From Kondoa subrosea (taxonomy: Eukaryota): DNA of 64,000 nucleotides. Location of the stretch: NCBI GenBank assembly GCA_039545335.1, contig BCIN01000008.1, positions 321,528 through 385,527 on the forward strand, read 5' to 3'. Position 1 is the first letter of the stretch. Each line of letters starts with the position of its first letter. The notes beneath the pieces were generated by a model, which ran no database searches, was not told where the DNA came from, and saw only the letters and a program-made list of their open reading frames with translations. Made by a program: the position numbers and the translations under genes. Positions 50,365-64,000 of the stretch are shown piece by piece.

Positions 50365-52669
50365 TTACAGCAAGAAATCATCAAATTGACTGCTGCTGTT
50401 GTTGGTCGCAGGTGCGCTACTAAACAAATTCGCTTCTGCTTTCTGCTTAGCCAGATCAGCCATTGACTTGTTTCCTGCTGCATTTGAAGCAGAAGTAGTC
50501 GAGGTAGTAGTTGAGGAAAGCGCAGGCATGCTCCATAAATCTCCAAATGCATCGGCTGGTTTCTTATTGTTGGCTGTCGAACTTGGAGCGATAGGCGTGA
50601 AAGTGGAAGAAGCAGTAGCAGTGGAAGATGGTCGGACTGGTTGAGTCATGGGTGCTAGTGAAGGGGTAGCGGTATTGCCAAAGAGAGAAGTAGAAGGAGC
50701 AGGAGCTGAAGGTGGTCTTGAATTTGCTTGGACTGGTGCGGAACCCATCATATCGAAGAAATTAGGTTTTGCGGAGGTTGCTGGAGCAGCAGAAATAGGT
50801 GCAGAACTGAATGAAGGCATTGAAGGCGCTGCTGAGAAAGAGGGAGCGGCAGTGAAAGAAGCTAGACCTGATGAAGCATTTGATGCTGGAGGAGGTGCAA
50901 CGAAATCACCAAAGTCGTCATCATCTGTTTCAAGCTTAGCAAACATCCTCAAATGAATATTGGACATGCTCACCATCCAATGCTGGAACAGAAGCAGCGG
51001 CCGGCTTGACCACCGGCGCACTGAAAGCTGGAGTTGTAATAGCAGGTTCTTCATCATCGAAATCAAACAGATTCATTTCCTTGACAGGTTGCTTAGGTGG
51101 AGGAGTAGGAACAGAAGGAGATTTAGCAGTTGAGCGAGAAGAGGCAGACGTAGTTGTCCTGTTGGAACTACTTGCTGTTGGCCTTTCTTCCCACTCTCCT
51201 GCATCGTATTCATCTACATCTGGATCTTGACGTCTGCTGGATGATTCCCTGTACGATGGACCAGAGGAAGATCCTTCATCGTTATTGCCTGGATAACCTG
51301 TATACACACAGCCCGATTGGTCGAGATTTCGAAACCTTAAGTTGATTACACCTACCTAGTGAGTCACTTCCAAATCCACCATATTTGCTACCAGTACCAG
51401 TCCGGAAAGAAACTTCTTCGTTACTAATTCCACCGTACTTGTTCTTATTCGCTCGAGCCCGTTTGCGTTCTTGTCTGATCCTGTCAGAATCGGCCAGCAA
51501 TTCCGATAATTCTTTTGCTCTGTTGCGGACTGTAGGGACATCCAGTTTTACTTAGATATGATCTATCTATGAAAGCAAAGTTGACCTACCGTTAAGACCT
51601 TGATCTTTACCCTTTTCATCTACGTAATGGAAATTGCGCAAGATCTTAATCATGGAAACATGCGTTCGAGCATCATCAATGACTCGTTCTGAGCCATGCT
51701 TGACTAAGTATTCGAGAAGTTGAAGAGCCTGTCAAAATATTTCGAATAATAAACAACAGGCTGCTGAAGTTTCGAAAAGCATCTGACCTTGTAGATTTGT
51801 CTCCATTCGCTTGCTTCCTTTTCAGTGAATCGTTTATCTACGTTAAACATAAGTACAGCGAGCAGAGAAGTCAAACGATGTCCCCACAGATAGTAGGCAT
51901 GATTTCGTTGAAGAGTTGGCTGTGAGAAAAGGCAGATGGACCATTAGCTGACGCTGAGGAATCATCTACTAGCTCTCACAAATTATGTGTTCTAGGAACA
52001 GCAGCCTTAGTGAAGGTGCAGGTAATCAAGACAGTACTAACCCTTGAGCGATTTCTTGCATCAACGTTGAACTAGCACCCCTGTGCATTAAGATGTTTCT
52101 CTTTCAGTGAATCGATCTTTTGGATTGATGGCTTGACGCACCATGCATCATCATTTGTCGCCTCTCGAACTTTCGATTCCTATTTGACGAATCTGAGGGT
52201 AAGAAATCTGGCAGAAGTAGTCTAACTTACCATCGGCGTATACTGCAGCAGTTGCATTAATTAATGAAGGATCACTGGACGGCATGGATGAACTCACGTT
52301 CATGATCACATTTTTGGCCTGAGCGCGCTTGCCTCAGCTCTCATCAGGACGGATAGTGAAGCACGCACCTGATTGTAGTAGCTCTTGATGTCATAGACAG
52401 ATACTATAACTGAGAATCAGCCTAGTTCAGAGGCCAACGAAAGAGCGCGCTGACCTTCCGATAACTGAATGCAATAACACGTTTTAGGACAGAGCTCTCT
52501 CGCACTGACAGGATCTCACCTGTTTGCCTGTGCGCGCAGTCCGAGCCAGTAAGCTACCAACGAGCAGCTGAACATCGGCTTCGACGCACCCAACGACTCG
52601 AGTAACTAGAGTTCCGCATGATCAGCCTCACACTTCGCGCTTCTCTATTGCGAGAAGACTCACATCCAT
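50365..52669 (-). CDS. ENT3: Epsin-related ENTH protein (Ent3/epsinR type)
   Basis: SVYDIKSYYNQAKN..ESKVREATNDDAWGASS..EWRQIYKALQLLEYLVKHGSE; DFGDF gamma-ear and LFDFD clathrin-type motifs. Confidence 0.9.
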
Positions 52670-53240
52670 CTTGACTGCTCAGACCTAACCTTGATGAGTC
52701 GGAAGAGACTTGGTTCGACGACAACAAGCGCACAATTGCTTTCGAGCTGTTTTGGACCTGCACGGCCAATAATGCTGCTGTAAAGCCATTCCTCGAAGCT
52801 CTCTGTCGCTGCTATGTGTTGTCGAGACTTAGTTATGTCTATCTGTCCAATCCTTCTGCCTGTCATGCATACATGCTTTCCTGTTATCTCCTGAGCTCCT
52901 CCTGAAATACTATAGCTCATACTGTAGGGCCGAGAATAATGGATCTGCGGACGTATCAATGGTAGATTCTTATTGCTGGCTGTCTCTGTGCTATATCCCC
53001 ACCGAACCTCTCTTGTTCACGCTGAGATCTTGTGGGATACATCCTCCTGATACGGCTTCCCTTGCGTCGCTCAGCTGAATCTTCCTTATGTCCGAAATTC
53101 AGTGTATTGCCTAGAACAAACTTCGCCCAAACAACGATCTCCGCACGAAGAAGATCCGCTGTATAGCTTGCATCTGATTGAGCGCGATAGCTCTTCTTTT
53201 TCAAAGAGCTAATCCATCTTCTTAAACCTGTAATTTCAAT

Positions 53241-55123
53241 ATGCCCCTTATCAATGAAGATGAACGCCAACCTCTTTTAGAATCCGCTATTACAAAGAAA
53301 CAACCAGATGTTCCTGTTCCGTGGCTACAATTGTTCTTTGCTTGCGCTTTCCGTGCTTCGTGAGTCTTTTCTTGCTTCAGCTTGCGACAAAGGGGTGAAA
53401 TCTGACTAGCCTGTCTTTTACATAGACAACCCATACAATATGCTGTACGTCCTTGAACACAGATCCTTCGATAGGCAGCTGATTTGAAAGAGCAGGTCAT
53501 CTTTCCTTACATTTGTCAATACATTGAAGACATCGGTCTTGCTGAAGGAGCAGAAGTTGGACCCTTAGCTTCATACATTGAAATATCAGCCAGCGTTGGG
53601 TATGTCTCTGTTGCAAATAGGTCATGGAGATCCTAATTCTTGAGCACAGTTGCTATACAGGCATGCCTTTCTGGACTTGGGCTTCGGATCGGTATGGACG
53701 CAAACCTGTTGTGCTCGTCGCTATGGTTGCTGCTGCTGCTGCAACATCTCTCTTTGGTTTCTCGACCAAACTTTGGCACATGATGGCTTGCCGATTCTTG
53801 CTAGGACTTCTGGTGTGTGATCTATCAAATACAATCTCATTGTTTTTTTGCTGATTCTTAAAGTAAAGAACGGACAAATGGCTATCTCAAGAGTTATCGT
53901 GATCGAAAGTAGCCATCATACCAACTTGGCTTACATGATGCCCTATTTCACAGTCGGTTATCAAATGTGAGAGCAGGATCCTAACATTGAATTTTTTTGG
54001 GATCCTCATATGTATGCACAGCGGAGAGACCATTGGACCAGCTGTGGGAGGATTTATGAGTCGACCTGGAGATCACTGGGCTATTGCAAGGGCTATTCCC
54101 CTACTAGCGTAAGTGATTTGCCCAGAGATATCTCAACTCTTGACTTACACAACTACGTAACGCCAGCCGTTTCCCCTATATGCTTCCAACCCTTGTTGCT
54201 GCCGCTTTTCCTTTGGCTCTTGTTCCATTTGCGATCTGGAAGCTAGAAGAAACGCATCCTCGTTACCGAAGAAATTCGGATAGGCTAAAGATTGAAGACT
54301 TAGATGAGCATCAAGATCGGAGCGAGGATGAAGCCGAAGAGATCACTCTCGCCGAACCTGTGCCTTACTTTCTGAATCGTCATATAGTCTTCTTCCTCCT
54401 TGTTTGGATGCTTATGCAAGTGATTGCGGGATCTAGCATGAACTTATTCATGCTCGTCTTCTACGCTCCTGCAGAACATGGCGGTCTAAACCTCTTACCT
54501 GTTCAAACTGCGACTATATTAATGGTCAGAACGCTTTTGATGCCTGCGCTCGAGCTTCCGTTTTACGGTCAATTGAACAAAAGATTCGGTGCTGATCGGA
54601 TATTGCACTTCTTCATTTGGATTCCTGTCACCTGGCCAATCATTCTGCCTATATTAGTACACATCAAGACCTATCAAGGCATAAGTGCCACTTATTGGTC
54701 GGTGTTGGGAGTTTTCGTACTTCTTTGGGTCGGTAAGTTCTCCTCTTTCCGAGTGGTTCACAATGTCCGTTGATGGCCCTATTCATAGTTTGGACTTTTG
54801 CTTCTACTTCTGGTTCTCTCATGATAGCCGATCTACCTCAACGACCTGAACACTTGGGCAGAATAGCAGCGATCAGTGAAATTGCTGCTTGTCTGTAAGG
54901 TTGTCTGCCGATAGTCATTGTCATGTATAGCTGACGCACGAACAGAGGCGCATCGATCGGTCTGGTTCTTGGCGGCAATCTGTTCAGATGGAGTAAACGA
55001 CACCCTGAACTTCTGCATGGCAATATGGTTTGGCTCGTCCTGGGCTTCATCTACTTTTCGATCGCCCTCATTTGTCAGAAGTGGAAGACCCGACAACCTG
55101 CTTGGCGAGATACTGCCAGCTGA
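53241..55123 (+). CDS. Major facilitator superfamily transporter (ZIFL/YCR023C-like)
   Basis: VIFPYI, WASDRYGRKPVVL motif A, IGPAVGG, FPYMLPTLVAA, multiple TM helices. Confidence 0.88.
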
Positions 55124-55855
55124 ATGCAATTCCTTCGTGCGACACACGTCTATCAAATATGTTGGGCTACGCAATCTCGTCACCTCTAGAGTTGTTATTA
55201 GCCTTTCCTTTCGACTTATATGCATGATCTGACGTTGATATGATTGTCCGTCACCGGCACTGTCGTCTGTCCTCTCTTCATTCTTTTCTTTTCTTCGTTG
55301 CTCATTCTGTAAGCCTTTCAGAATCCCATCGATGACAATCCTGAAGCTCTGTACCTTGTGTCTGACACTTATGATGCGAATCATAGGTTTTGCATGTGGG
55401 CAGGCGCGTTCTATCTTTGATTGGAGTGCCGCTGGCTTATATCAATTTGGGCGTGAGAAGCAGGCTTATGAAGACAGGCAGCTCTCTTGATACTATAGTG
55501 TTTCGAGCGGATGTGGCGGTTCATCAATCACACATCGCGCGGAGAAAGTGATTACGACAAGGGTACTGTGATCATGTTAGAACAGCCTGACAGTCTTCCT
55601 TTATCGTGTAAGAGTGGCCATAGAATCGGCACAATTTGAATTTCAAATGGCTTTCTCCTTATCACAGCCATCTAAGCTTGCCTGTTCACGACCATTTGCA
55701 CCACTACAGGCTATATCTCTAGCTGTGGACCACTACTACCCTTCGATATAGTCGAAACAAGCGCGTTTACCCCTTCAACGCATCCCGACAGATTGTCACC
55801 CGCTTTTTGCAAATCTAGCCCCAACCTCAGTGCTTGAACGACTCAGAGCCCAGAA

Positions 55856-57244
55856 ATGTTTGCAGGCGATATCTCCAGAAACAATTCAACAGCACGGTGA
55901 GCCCATACCGCGCTAAGGCCTGAACGCACCGTTTTGATACTCGTTTCTACAGCATTTCTCTTTCTGACCCAGGCTACGTTCCTGCAGCCCCATCGCATTC
56001 AGCTCGGAAGCCTTCTATGTCGAGCGTGCAAGAAGACGAGACACCACCTGCTGTGTATCTGACAGCGTACGGCGATCTCAAGGTCCGCTTTTACCTTTGC
56101 TCTCCTATGTCACAGTACTCATGAACTTCGAGTGCAGCCCAATAGAGAATCATTCGTATCTATCAATGAAGCTGAACATGGTTGGTCTTCTTCAGCTAAT
56201 GGTGTCAAATCCCCACAAAACAGAAGGACAATTCAAAGACCCTCGCAAGAACCTCGATTGAACAATGCATCTATCAAACCTGGATCTTACAGACCACCAT
56301 TTGCACCAAGACTTGGCTCTTTGGAAGGAGAGACTGCTACCGGAGTTGTACCTACTTTAGCTTCGTCTCCACCTGAAGAATCGAAATTGACTCGAGGCAG
56401 AAGTTTGAGAGAAACGATTACGGGTGTTATTAGTGGAAGAGGGAAATCAGCTCAAAGACAACCAAGAGAAACGATTGTGATTGAAGAAGGAAATGAGGAC
56501 AAAGTTTTCGATGGCAAGCACGATGTGGAAGAACCTGCTAGACAACTCCCTAGACCTGGATCTTCACCTAACAAAGAAGGCTTGATGAGTGGGATTGTAA
56601 GAAGAATGAGTAGGAAGAATACTACGCCTACTAGAAGAGTTCGGAGAAGCTCGTTTGATAATCCTGCTTATGGTCGAATCCCAAGTCAGCCTCTTTGTCT
56701 CTTATGATTTATTTTGTGCTGATGCGCTTTGACAGCTCGCGAAGAATTGGATAATATCCCTCTTTATGCCGCACCGCCCGCAGCTCAAGTGAAGAATGGT
56801 ATGCCATTTCTCACTCTTCTATCAAAGCCGATCACTAACGAATGTGTTCAGCACCCATGTTGAGCAGTTACGCACCTCGTCCACCTCTTCTCACTCGAGC
56901 GAACACCACCGACAATGTTCTCACTTTGCAAAGATCCATCACTGTCAGAGAAGCTCGTCTAGCTTACGCGAAATCCCTCAAAGACAAACGTCGTCAACCT
57001 GCCGCTTCTGCTGCTTCTTCCGTTGGATCTTCAACTGGTGAAAAGTTAATGAGGCAATCGAGGGAAACTTTGAGTCCGGACGGAGAAGGTGGATTGGCTA
57101 TGAAGACTAAAGTCAGAAGATCGAAACAGAATACTGAAGGTTGGGCTCCTGCTTCTCAAGTGCTTGGTGAGTCGAAATTCTACGACTGAGAAGTTGGATG
57201 CTGATTCTCTGCTTGTTTGGGTAGCGGATGAGAAGAAAGTCTAA
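55856..57244 (+). CDS. Hypothetical basic, Ser/Arg-rich disordered protein
   Basis: Several exons joined by canonical introns, including a 191-codon segment. Confidence 0.6.
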
Positions 57245-57547
57245 ATGTTTTGTGGATTGGATTGAAGACACGCGCGCGAATGGATTGATGAGCTACCGTT
57301 TGGCAGTACTTCTGTATGTTTTTGAATACTCTTTGTACAATAATACTTCTCGCACAGAATAAGCTGGTCTTGTCTCATTTATTATATGTTTTCTTCCTGT
57401 AATACAAGCGCCTTTTTTTCGCATGAACGTTTTGAGCTCTTCTGTTCTAAACTCCTTTCTATTACCGTTCCAAGAGTTTCACGTAAATAGCCATGTCATA
57501 AACAATACTTTAGCTTCCTTTCCTGTAACCATCTCTTGAAGCAGTCA

Positions 57548-60500
57548 ATGACTGAAGCTCACCTATCTTTACCTAACGGCGCTAGTGTACCAGACCGCGC
57601 TACACCTTCGCCAGGCGCGGGAGGAGCTGGGACACCTTACAGGTTTGTCGCCCAAACATAGAAGGTCGAAGGCTTCCCGTGCATTGTCTCACGCTCAAGT
57701 ATTTAGAGGACAAGTCAAGGATAATCTAGGTTAGCTGCATTCCTACCCTGTGCATAGAGTCTCACTCAATTCTGGCTGCGGTTTTAAGGTTATAAAGTCA
57801 TTCAGTTTGCTGGAAAGGAAGCACAGAAAGCTAGAGTAGAGGATGCGATCAGTGCGTTGGGCATGCGCTCTTTCAACTTGGGACGCTGATCGGGTGCTCG
57901 TGTGCGTACAGATGAATTGGCTTTCATACCGAAGGAATTGGTACATGGGGAAGTCACGTATGTCATGAATTCACATTTCGCGTGACCGCAGCTAACTAGA
58001 CTTGAGATTAGATGGTTCTACGGTTCGCGATGCTAGGCGTATGCTGAGTGGTAGCTGAAAGTCCTAGCTGACTTGAACAGACAATCTTGGTATCGATGAC
58101 AGTCAGTCGTGTCGCTGGACTATTCAGTGTGAAGCTGATTGCCATGGATCCTTTACTGTCAGCCTATTTCAAGGCTGAGAGCGTAGATACTAGTAAGCTT
58201 CGGTCATGCGCATGAAACATAGCTGATGTTATGATCAAGTCGCGTCGCACATCATTTCGCTTTGTACGTTCAGGCATCAATGAGCTGAATTACAGCTAAA
58301 GACAGCCCTTCGTTCAGACGGCAGCAAAATCCTCTCTTATACTGAACAGGATCAGCAACTCAACATTCGTTTGGAGAAAGTGTCGGAAGATCGAGCAGTC
58401 TATATTGTTTGTTTGATATCTGTCTCACTTATACTCAGCTCATGACTATCTTTCGACCAATAGCACACTTCAGAGCCGGGTGTGACCAACACTAATGGCA
58501 AGCAGTATGTCAACTCTCTACCATTAGTACGAGCATTTGTCGACGGTCGTGTACAGATACGAAGACATTATCAGCACTCGATATCTCAATGACTCTAACG
58601 CGAAGAAAGCTTACCGATTAGAAACTTATCGCTCAACAGGCAAAGTGTCGTCTACTCTCGCGCAACGTCAGTGCTGACTCGCACAGCCTTGCAATTGGTC
58701 TCATAATTTTGACAGAACTCCGATGCTACTTCATTTCTCGCTGCGATTTCGTAGATCCATCACCTAAAGCAGGAGAATCCGATATCCGCAAAGTGTCAGA
58801 TAAATCTTTCCTGGAAAAGGTATCTGAAAACACTTTGGCCATCTATCAGGAAGTTATGAGTCATGCTCTCGAACGATCTGGTCCTGTTGTCGAGTGCTTT
58901 GAAGTAGAAGGATCCAGGGAACGCAGATTAGGTAAATGCTTCGGTCGCGCAAGTAGACCTGCTCTTACCATGAGGTTTAGTCATCGGATTCAAGCAAGGT
59001 TCGACGCAACATTTCTTCAGCGCTATGTCGAAGCTCTACCATTGGTATGGTGTCTACTCGACTCGAAAATACGTCGAGCAATTCTCCAATGGTATTACAT
59101 TGATGTCTTTCTACTTGCAGTGAGTGCAGAATGGTCATTTCAACACTACTGTTGTAATGTGATAAGTTCTCAATCACAGTCCTCTTCGTGGTCCTCCTAT
59201 CGAATCTTCAATCTTCCAAATCGCTCGCGAAGCTTCCTTGATCTACTGTTTACCAGCCAATCAATACTTCAACCCTGAAAGTGGTCTCGCGGCGCAGGAA
59301 GCCAGTTACGCTTACTGCGCTTACATCTTTTGCCAACATTTCCTCAATCGCCTGGGCGCACCTTACATGAACTTGAAACACATCCTCAACGAGAACGATA
59401 CTTCACATGCAACCGTTCTTTCGGATATCAGAACCAAGCTGAGACAAGAGACTTTCACTCGTCAAAGTATTGAAGAGGTCATTCATGCTTGTGCGCTCGG
59501 CTACGCAGACACAAAACACTCGCTTATGATTTGATGACATGATGCACAGATCCTGAACTCGTGCGATTACTCTACATTCAATTCGCTTTGGTGCATTATG
59601 TTTCAGGAGCGGATCAGCTAGTGTAAGTCTCGTGTTGACTGTGCTCATTTGATGGCTTATATTGGCTCGCGCTATACAGACCGACTCTGTCCTATCAACG
59701 TCTCGAAACACATTCAGCTTTGAACGATGATCAACTTTACGCCAAGATTAAAAAGACTGTTACAGATAAGCAGCACTTCCAAGTTCTCGAATCTTTCTTC
59801 ATCTTTAACAAGGTTTCTTGGTCTCATTTGTCCTCCGTATTGGCTGTGTCTAATCTCCTTCCTATCTAGGCTGTGTTGAAGACCAATTTCTATCAACCAA
59901 CAAAGGTTGCTCTCTCTTTCCGTCTTGACCCTTCTTTCCTGCCAGCTGTCGAGTACCCTAAACAACCCTATGGTGTCTTCCTTGTCGTCGGTAGCGAGTT
60001 CAGAGGCTTCCACGTTCGCTTTAAAGGTGAGCTATTACTCAGAAACGGGTTCTCCATATTGATGCACGGTTGCAGATGTCGCCCGTGGTGGAATTAGAAT
60101 CATTCGCTCCAGGAACAGAGAAACTTTCTCTATCAATCAGAGAAATCTGTTGGCGTTGTTTTCTTCACGTTGAAGGCAAAAGTACTAAGAATGACTGTAG
60201 GTTCGATGAAAATTATGGTCTGGCTTCGACCCAAGCAAGCAAGAACAAAGATATCCGTAGGCTTGATCGGTGGTTGTCAGCTTTGGCTAATTCATTTACC
60301 TGTCTGTGCTACAGCTGAAGGTGGATCGAAAGGAACCATTCTTCCAGAGTGAGTCCGACTCATACAATGACACTTAGTCCGACTGATCAGCGACTATAGT
60401 TTGAATGCATCACCTCGTGTTTGTTTCGAGAAATACGTTGACTCTATTCTCGATCTCCTCATTCCTGGTAAAACGCCTGGCATCAAAGAGGAAATTGTTG

Positions 60501-62458
60501 ACCTGTACAAAAAGGAGGAGATCGTCAGTTCCAAGGACAACAGTAACGCCGCTTGGAGCTGACAAAATATCAACAGCTTTTCTTTGGTCCGGATGAGGGG
60601 ACGGCAGACATGGTCAGTGGCCTTGTACCGCGTTGATGACAGAGCTAACCTGTGATTTAGATGGATTGGGCTGCTTGTGAGACCACTCACATTACTTCGT
60701 CGGCTGTCTGACAGAGTGCTATACTTACAGTGCATGCACGGTCTCGTGAGTCGCTCAATCTAAAGCCTTGCTATCACGTTCATTTCTACGACCAGGCGGA
60801 GCTCCCTGGTGGAAGTCATTCACTACCGGCAAATCACCGCTACTAGGCGGTAAGTGGCATAATATCCAAATTTCAGCATGATCTTGACTTTGGCATCAGG
60901 TATCGCTCATGATACCTATGGTATGACTTCGCTATCCGTCAGGCAATATGTGATCGGAATCTACCGTATGCTTGGTCTAAAGGAGTCGGAAATCACAAAA
61001 GTACAGACTGGAGGTCCAGATGGAGATGTGAGCTCTTTCTTTCGCTCGCGCTCATTCATGCTATTCATACTGAAGCCTTTTGACGATACAGCTCGGTTCT
61101 AGTGAGCCTCTGTTATTTCTGTCCCTTACACTACAGCTGACCCTTGTACAGATGAAATCCTGCTCAGCAAAGACAAGACGATTGCCATTATTGATGGATC
61201 TGGTGTCATTCATGATCCTCTAGGTCTTGATCGCACCGAACTTGTCAGACTTGCAAGAGAACGCAAGATGATTATCGAGTTCGACAAAAGCAAACTTTCC
61301 GCTGAAGGCTACAAGTTGCTTGTCACAGACCAAGAAGTGACACTACCAGGTGTGTGGTCTAACCTTCTCCTCATGAGGACTAGACTAAGTGCTCTGCAGG
61401 CGGAGAAGTTGTTGCAGATGGAGAAGATTTCCGCAATCGTGCGCATCTCCGCTACAAAGCTGATATCTTCGTGCCGTGCGGAGGTCGACCGGAATCAATC
61501 AACATCAGCAATGTCCATAACCTCTGGTCTGCCGATGATGGCAAACCAAACTTCAAATACATTGTGGAAGGCGCCAATCTGTTCATTGCTTCCTCAGGTG
61601 AGTCACTACCTTGACATGTTCTTCTGTTCTGATCTTGTCATCAGCACGTATTGCGCTGGAGAAACAAGGCGTTATACTGTTCAAAGATGCTTCTGCTAAC
61701 AAAGGTGGAGTTACATCATCAAGTTTGGAAGTGCTATCGTTCGTAACATGGCTTCACCGTGATATCTATCTCATCCTCGTAACCACAGCGGCCTGGCATT
61801 CAATGATGCAGAATTCCTTGACCACATGACTACTCAAGGCGACGAGGGTGTCAGCGATGTCAGTGCTGTACACTCTGCATTTGTACTCTGCTGAATATCT
61901 TTGCAGTTCTATGCCGATTACGTTCAAGAAATTCAACGCACCATTTCCATGAATGCTAAGTTGGAGTTCGAGTGTATTTGGAAAGAAGCTATTGCATCCG
62001 GCAAACCGAGATCAACGTTGACGTGAGTTATGTAGCGTGCTGAAAGTCGTCGCTAAGGCTGCGAGGCAGTGATGAAGTTGGGCAAACTCTGATCCAGCTC
62101 CAAGACCAGCTTGAAGAATCAGAACTTTGGGATAACAAGGACGTCCGCGAAGCTGTGCTATCGCTAGCTATTCCAAAGCCACTGTTGAAAGAGCTCGGTC
62201 TACCGAGTGAGTTCTCTCAGTATTGATGCAACTGTTATTCATGTTCTCCTTAGAACTGCTCGAGCGCCTACCGCCAGTCTACGCTCGATCACTCTTCGCA
62301 TCGTACATTTCATCGCACTTTATCTACAAGTACAGCATTCGTGCTTCACCTGTTGACTTCTATGCATGTGAGTTTGCTGTCACTCTGTGTTCGACTCTTT
62401 ATTGAGTAAAATACCAGACATGGCGCAACTACAGAAGTCAGCTGCAAAGATTCAATAG
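57548..62458 (+). CDS. GDH2: NAD-specific glutamate dehydrogenase (large fungal type), very many introns
   Basis: KTNFYQPTKVALSFRL, FRGFHVRFKDVARGGIR, KNKDIPEGGSKG-like segment, PWWKSFTTGK, KVQTGGPDGD, PCGGRP, VEGANLF, KDASANKGGVTSSS. Confidence 0.95.
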
Positions 62459-62796
62459 CAAGATTCAAGAGAGCCTCAGTAGGTTGCGTTGCACCTGTGA
62501 GCGGAGAGGGGATTGTTTAGGCTGCTTCGACACCTGCAAAAGAGAGTTAAGGGAAGGTTGCTAAGCACCTAAAGCATATGGACAATTGCATGGCTCAGGG
62601 AAGCCGAACCATACAGCATGTCGAGAGATATGCGTGTGACAACATATGTCGAAGTGACAGTCCGAACCTCATTTGAGACCTACGCGTGACATCTTCAACT
62701 GCCCGAATGAGTCCACAAGACTTACACAAAGACAAGAAATCAACACTAATTGATGATCAACTCGAAACATCGATAACATTGTCTATACGCGCCCGG

Positions 62797-64000
62797 ATGC
62801 TGTCGGTAAAGCGTCAACGGCTCTTTGCAAACACTGTGAATGTACTTCTGAGCAATGCGCGACTCTTCTCCTGCTCTTCTCGCCTGGGCAAATCTCGCGT
62901 TGCGATTTTGGGATCTGGTGCGAAAGAGCTTCCTTCTGGCCTAGCAGTAGCTGATTGAAATATTCAGGATGGGCTGGATAGTAGATCTCTTTCATTCATT
63001 GTCGAGCTATCCTGGAGCTCATGCGGCCTTTCAGCAAAGTATTATCTAAAAGTTTGTTCCAGTTTGAGTCTTGCGGACACTGTTTTTGATCTGTAGTATA
63101 GTTAATAAGAGCCATTATGATGTGGTCATGATTTCTCCTTCGCCAAACTTTGTATTCAGTAAGTCTGTAATGCTTACCTAATCACGTAGCCTGAGTCGCC
63201 TTCGCTCAAGCTCCGCTGTATGCTCTTTCTCGAGCTGCTGAATTCGGCTGACCTTCGATAGTCTGGCTTCAACTGCTACCGGAACCCTCGAGTACAGATG
63301 CTCTCTGTGTGTCCTCTCAATTTGGCGCGTCCTGGTAGCTTCTGACATTTACCACTTACAAGAGAGCCGGTGGTATGGTCTTCTCTTCGAATTGGCAGCG
63401 ACAAGTCTCTGAGCGATCTGTCAGCGCCGCTATGCCAGAACCAGCAAATACTTTCAAGCTTGGGTCAGTGACGAGACTCTTCAATAGCTTTGTTCGCTCG
63501 CATCAATGTTTGACTTATCATATAGGCAGATGACATTGATTTTGCGCGAGGCACCATCAAATGCACTACCGTAACCTTGAAAGAACGGGCTAGCGGGAAA
63601 GCTCCTGAAAAGCGATCCGAATTCGAAGTCCCTTTCGACAAGCTCGTCATCGCTGTCGGAGCTTACAGTCAGACTTTTGGAGTTGAAGGAGTTAAGGAGC
63701 ACGCGTTCTTTCTTAAAAGCATTGAAGATGCGAGAGCGATAAGAGAACGAATCTTTACGCTACTAGAGCAAGCTTCTCAGCCGGTCAGTTCTTTCCGAGC
63801 ATTTGTTCGACTGGATGTAGCTCATCCGTAATTTTAGACAGTCTCTGAAGGTGACTTGTTACTTCTCTAGGCTGTCCTGAAGCTGAATCTTTCTAGTGGA
63901 CCGAGCCAAATTGTTACACTGGACTATCGTAGGAGGTGGTCCGACAGGAGTATGTTGGCCCCTCATGTGCAAAGTACGCCGCTGATGTGTGATAAAGATA
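62797..64000 (+). CDS. Type II (alternative) NADH dehydrogenase, NDE/NDI family; 3' end outside window
   Basis: RVAILGSGWAGY, FTPLLASTATGTLEYR, FDKLVIAVGA..TFGVEGVKEHAFFLK, IVGGGPTG. Confidence 0.92.

Noticed and set aside
1..64000. tRNA, rRNA, CRISPR array, telomeric repeat or secondary-metabolite cluster
   Set aside because: None recognised. The neighbouring genes are functionally unrelated and there is no PKS, NRPS or terpene synthase.

Overview
Eukaryotic, intron-dense fungal genomic DNA. Short ~45-70 nt GT-AG introns, many micro-exons and the gene content point to a basidiomycete, probably Pucciniomycotina-like; the taxon is an inference. I reconstructed about 28 spliced genes by hand, so exon ends are predictions. 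They include a haloacetate-dehalogenase-type hydrolase, p24, a CDF/Zrg17-like transporter, GFA/CENP-V, NTR2/GCFC, MOB1, flavocytochrome b2, Aurora kinase, a maltose acetyltransferase, Kelch-MYND, RTR1, a perilipin-like protein, RLI1, a GNAT, an AA11 LPMO, glycogenin, PTC7, a PARP-domain protein, ENT3, an MFS transporter, GDH2 and a partial NDH-2. Two things stand out. (1) A gene-free 4.7 kb block at the window start is bounded by a ~1 kb inverted repeat (962 bp with no mismatch seen, plus a diverged inner fringe) around a 2.7 kb non-coding core, with phased GTCAA motifs and an internal palindrome. It is a candidate IR-type centromere, invertible segment or long-TIR element. (2) A small PARP-fold ADP-ribosyltransferase carries tandem MIU-like ubiquitin-binding motifs and a C-terminal SHP (Cdc48/p97-binding) box; a decayed copy of its 5' end lies ~4.3 kb upstream. 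No tRNA, rRNA, CRISPR array or intact transposase was seen.
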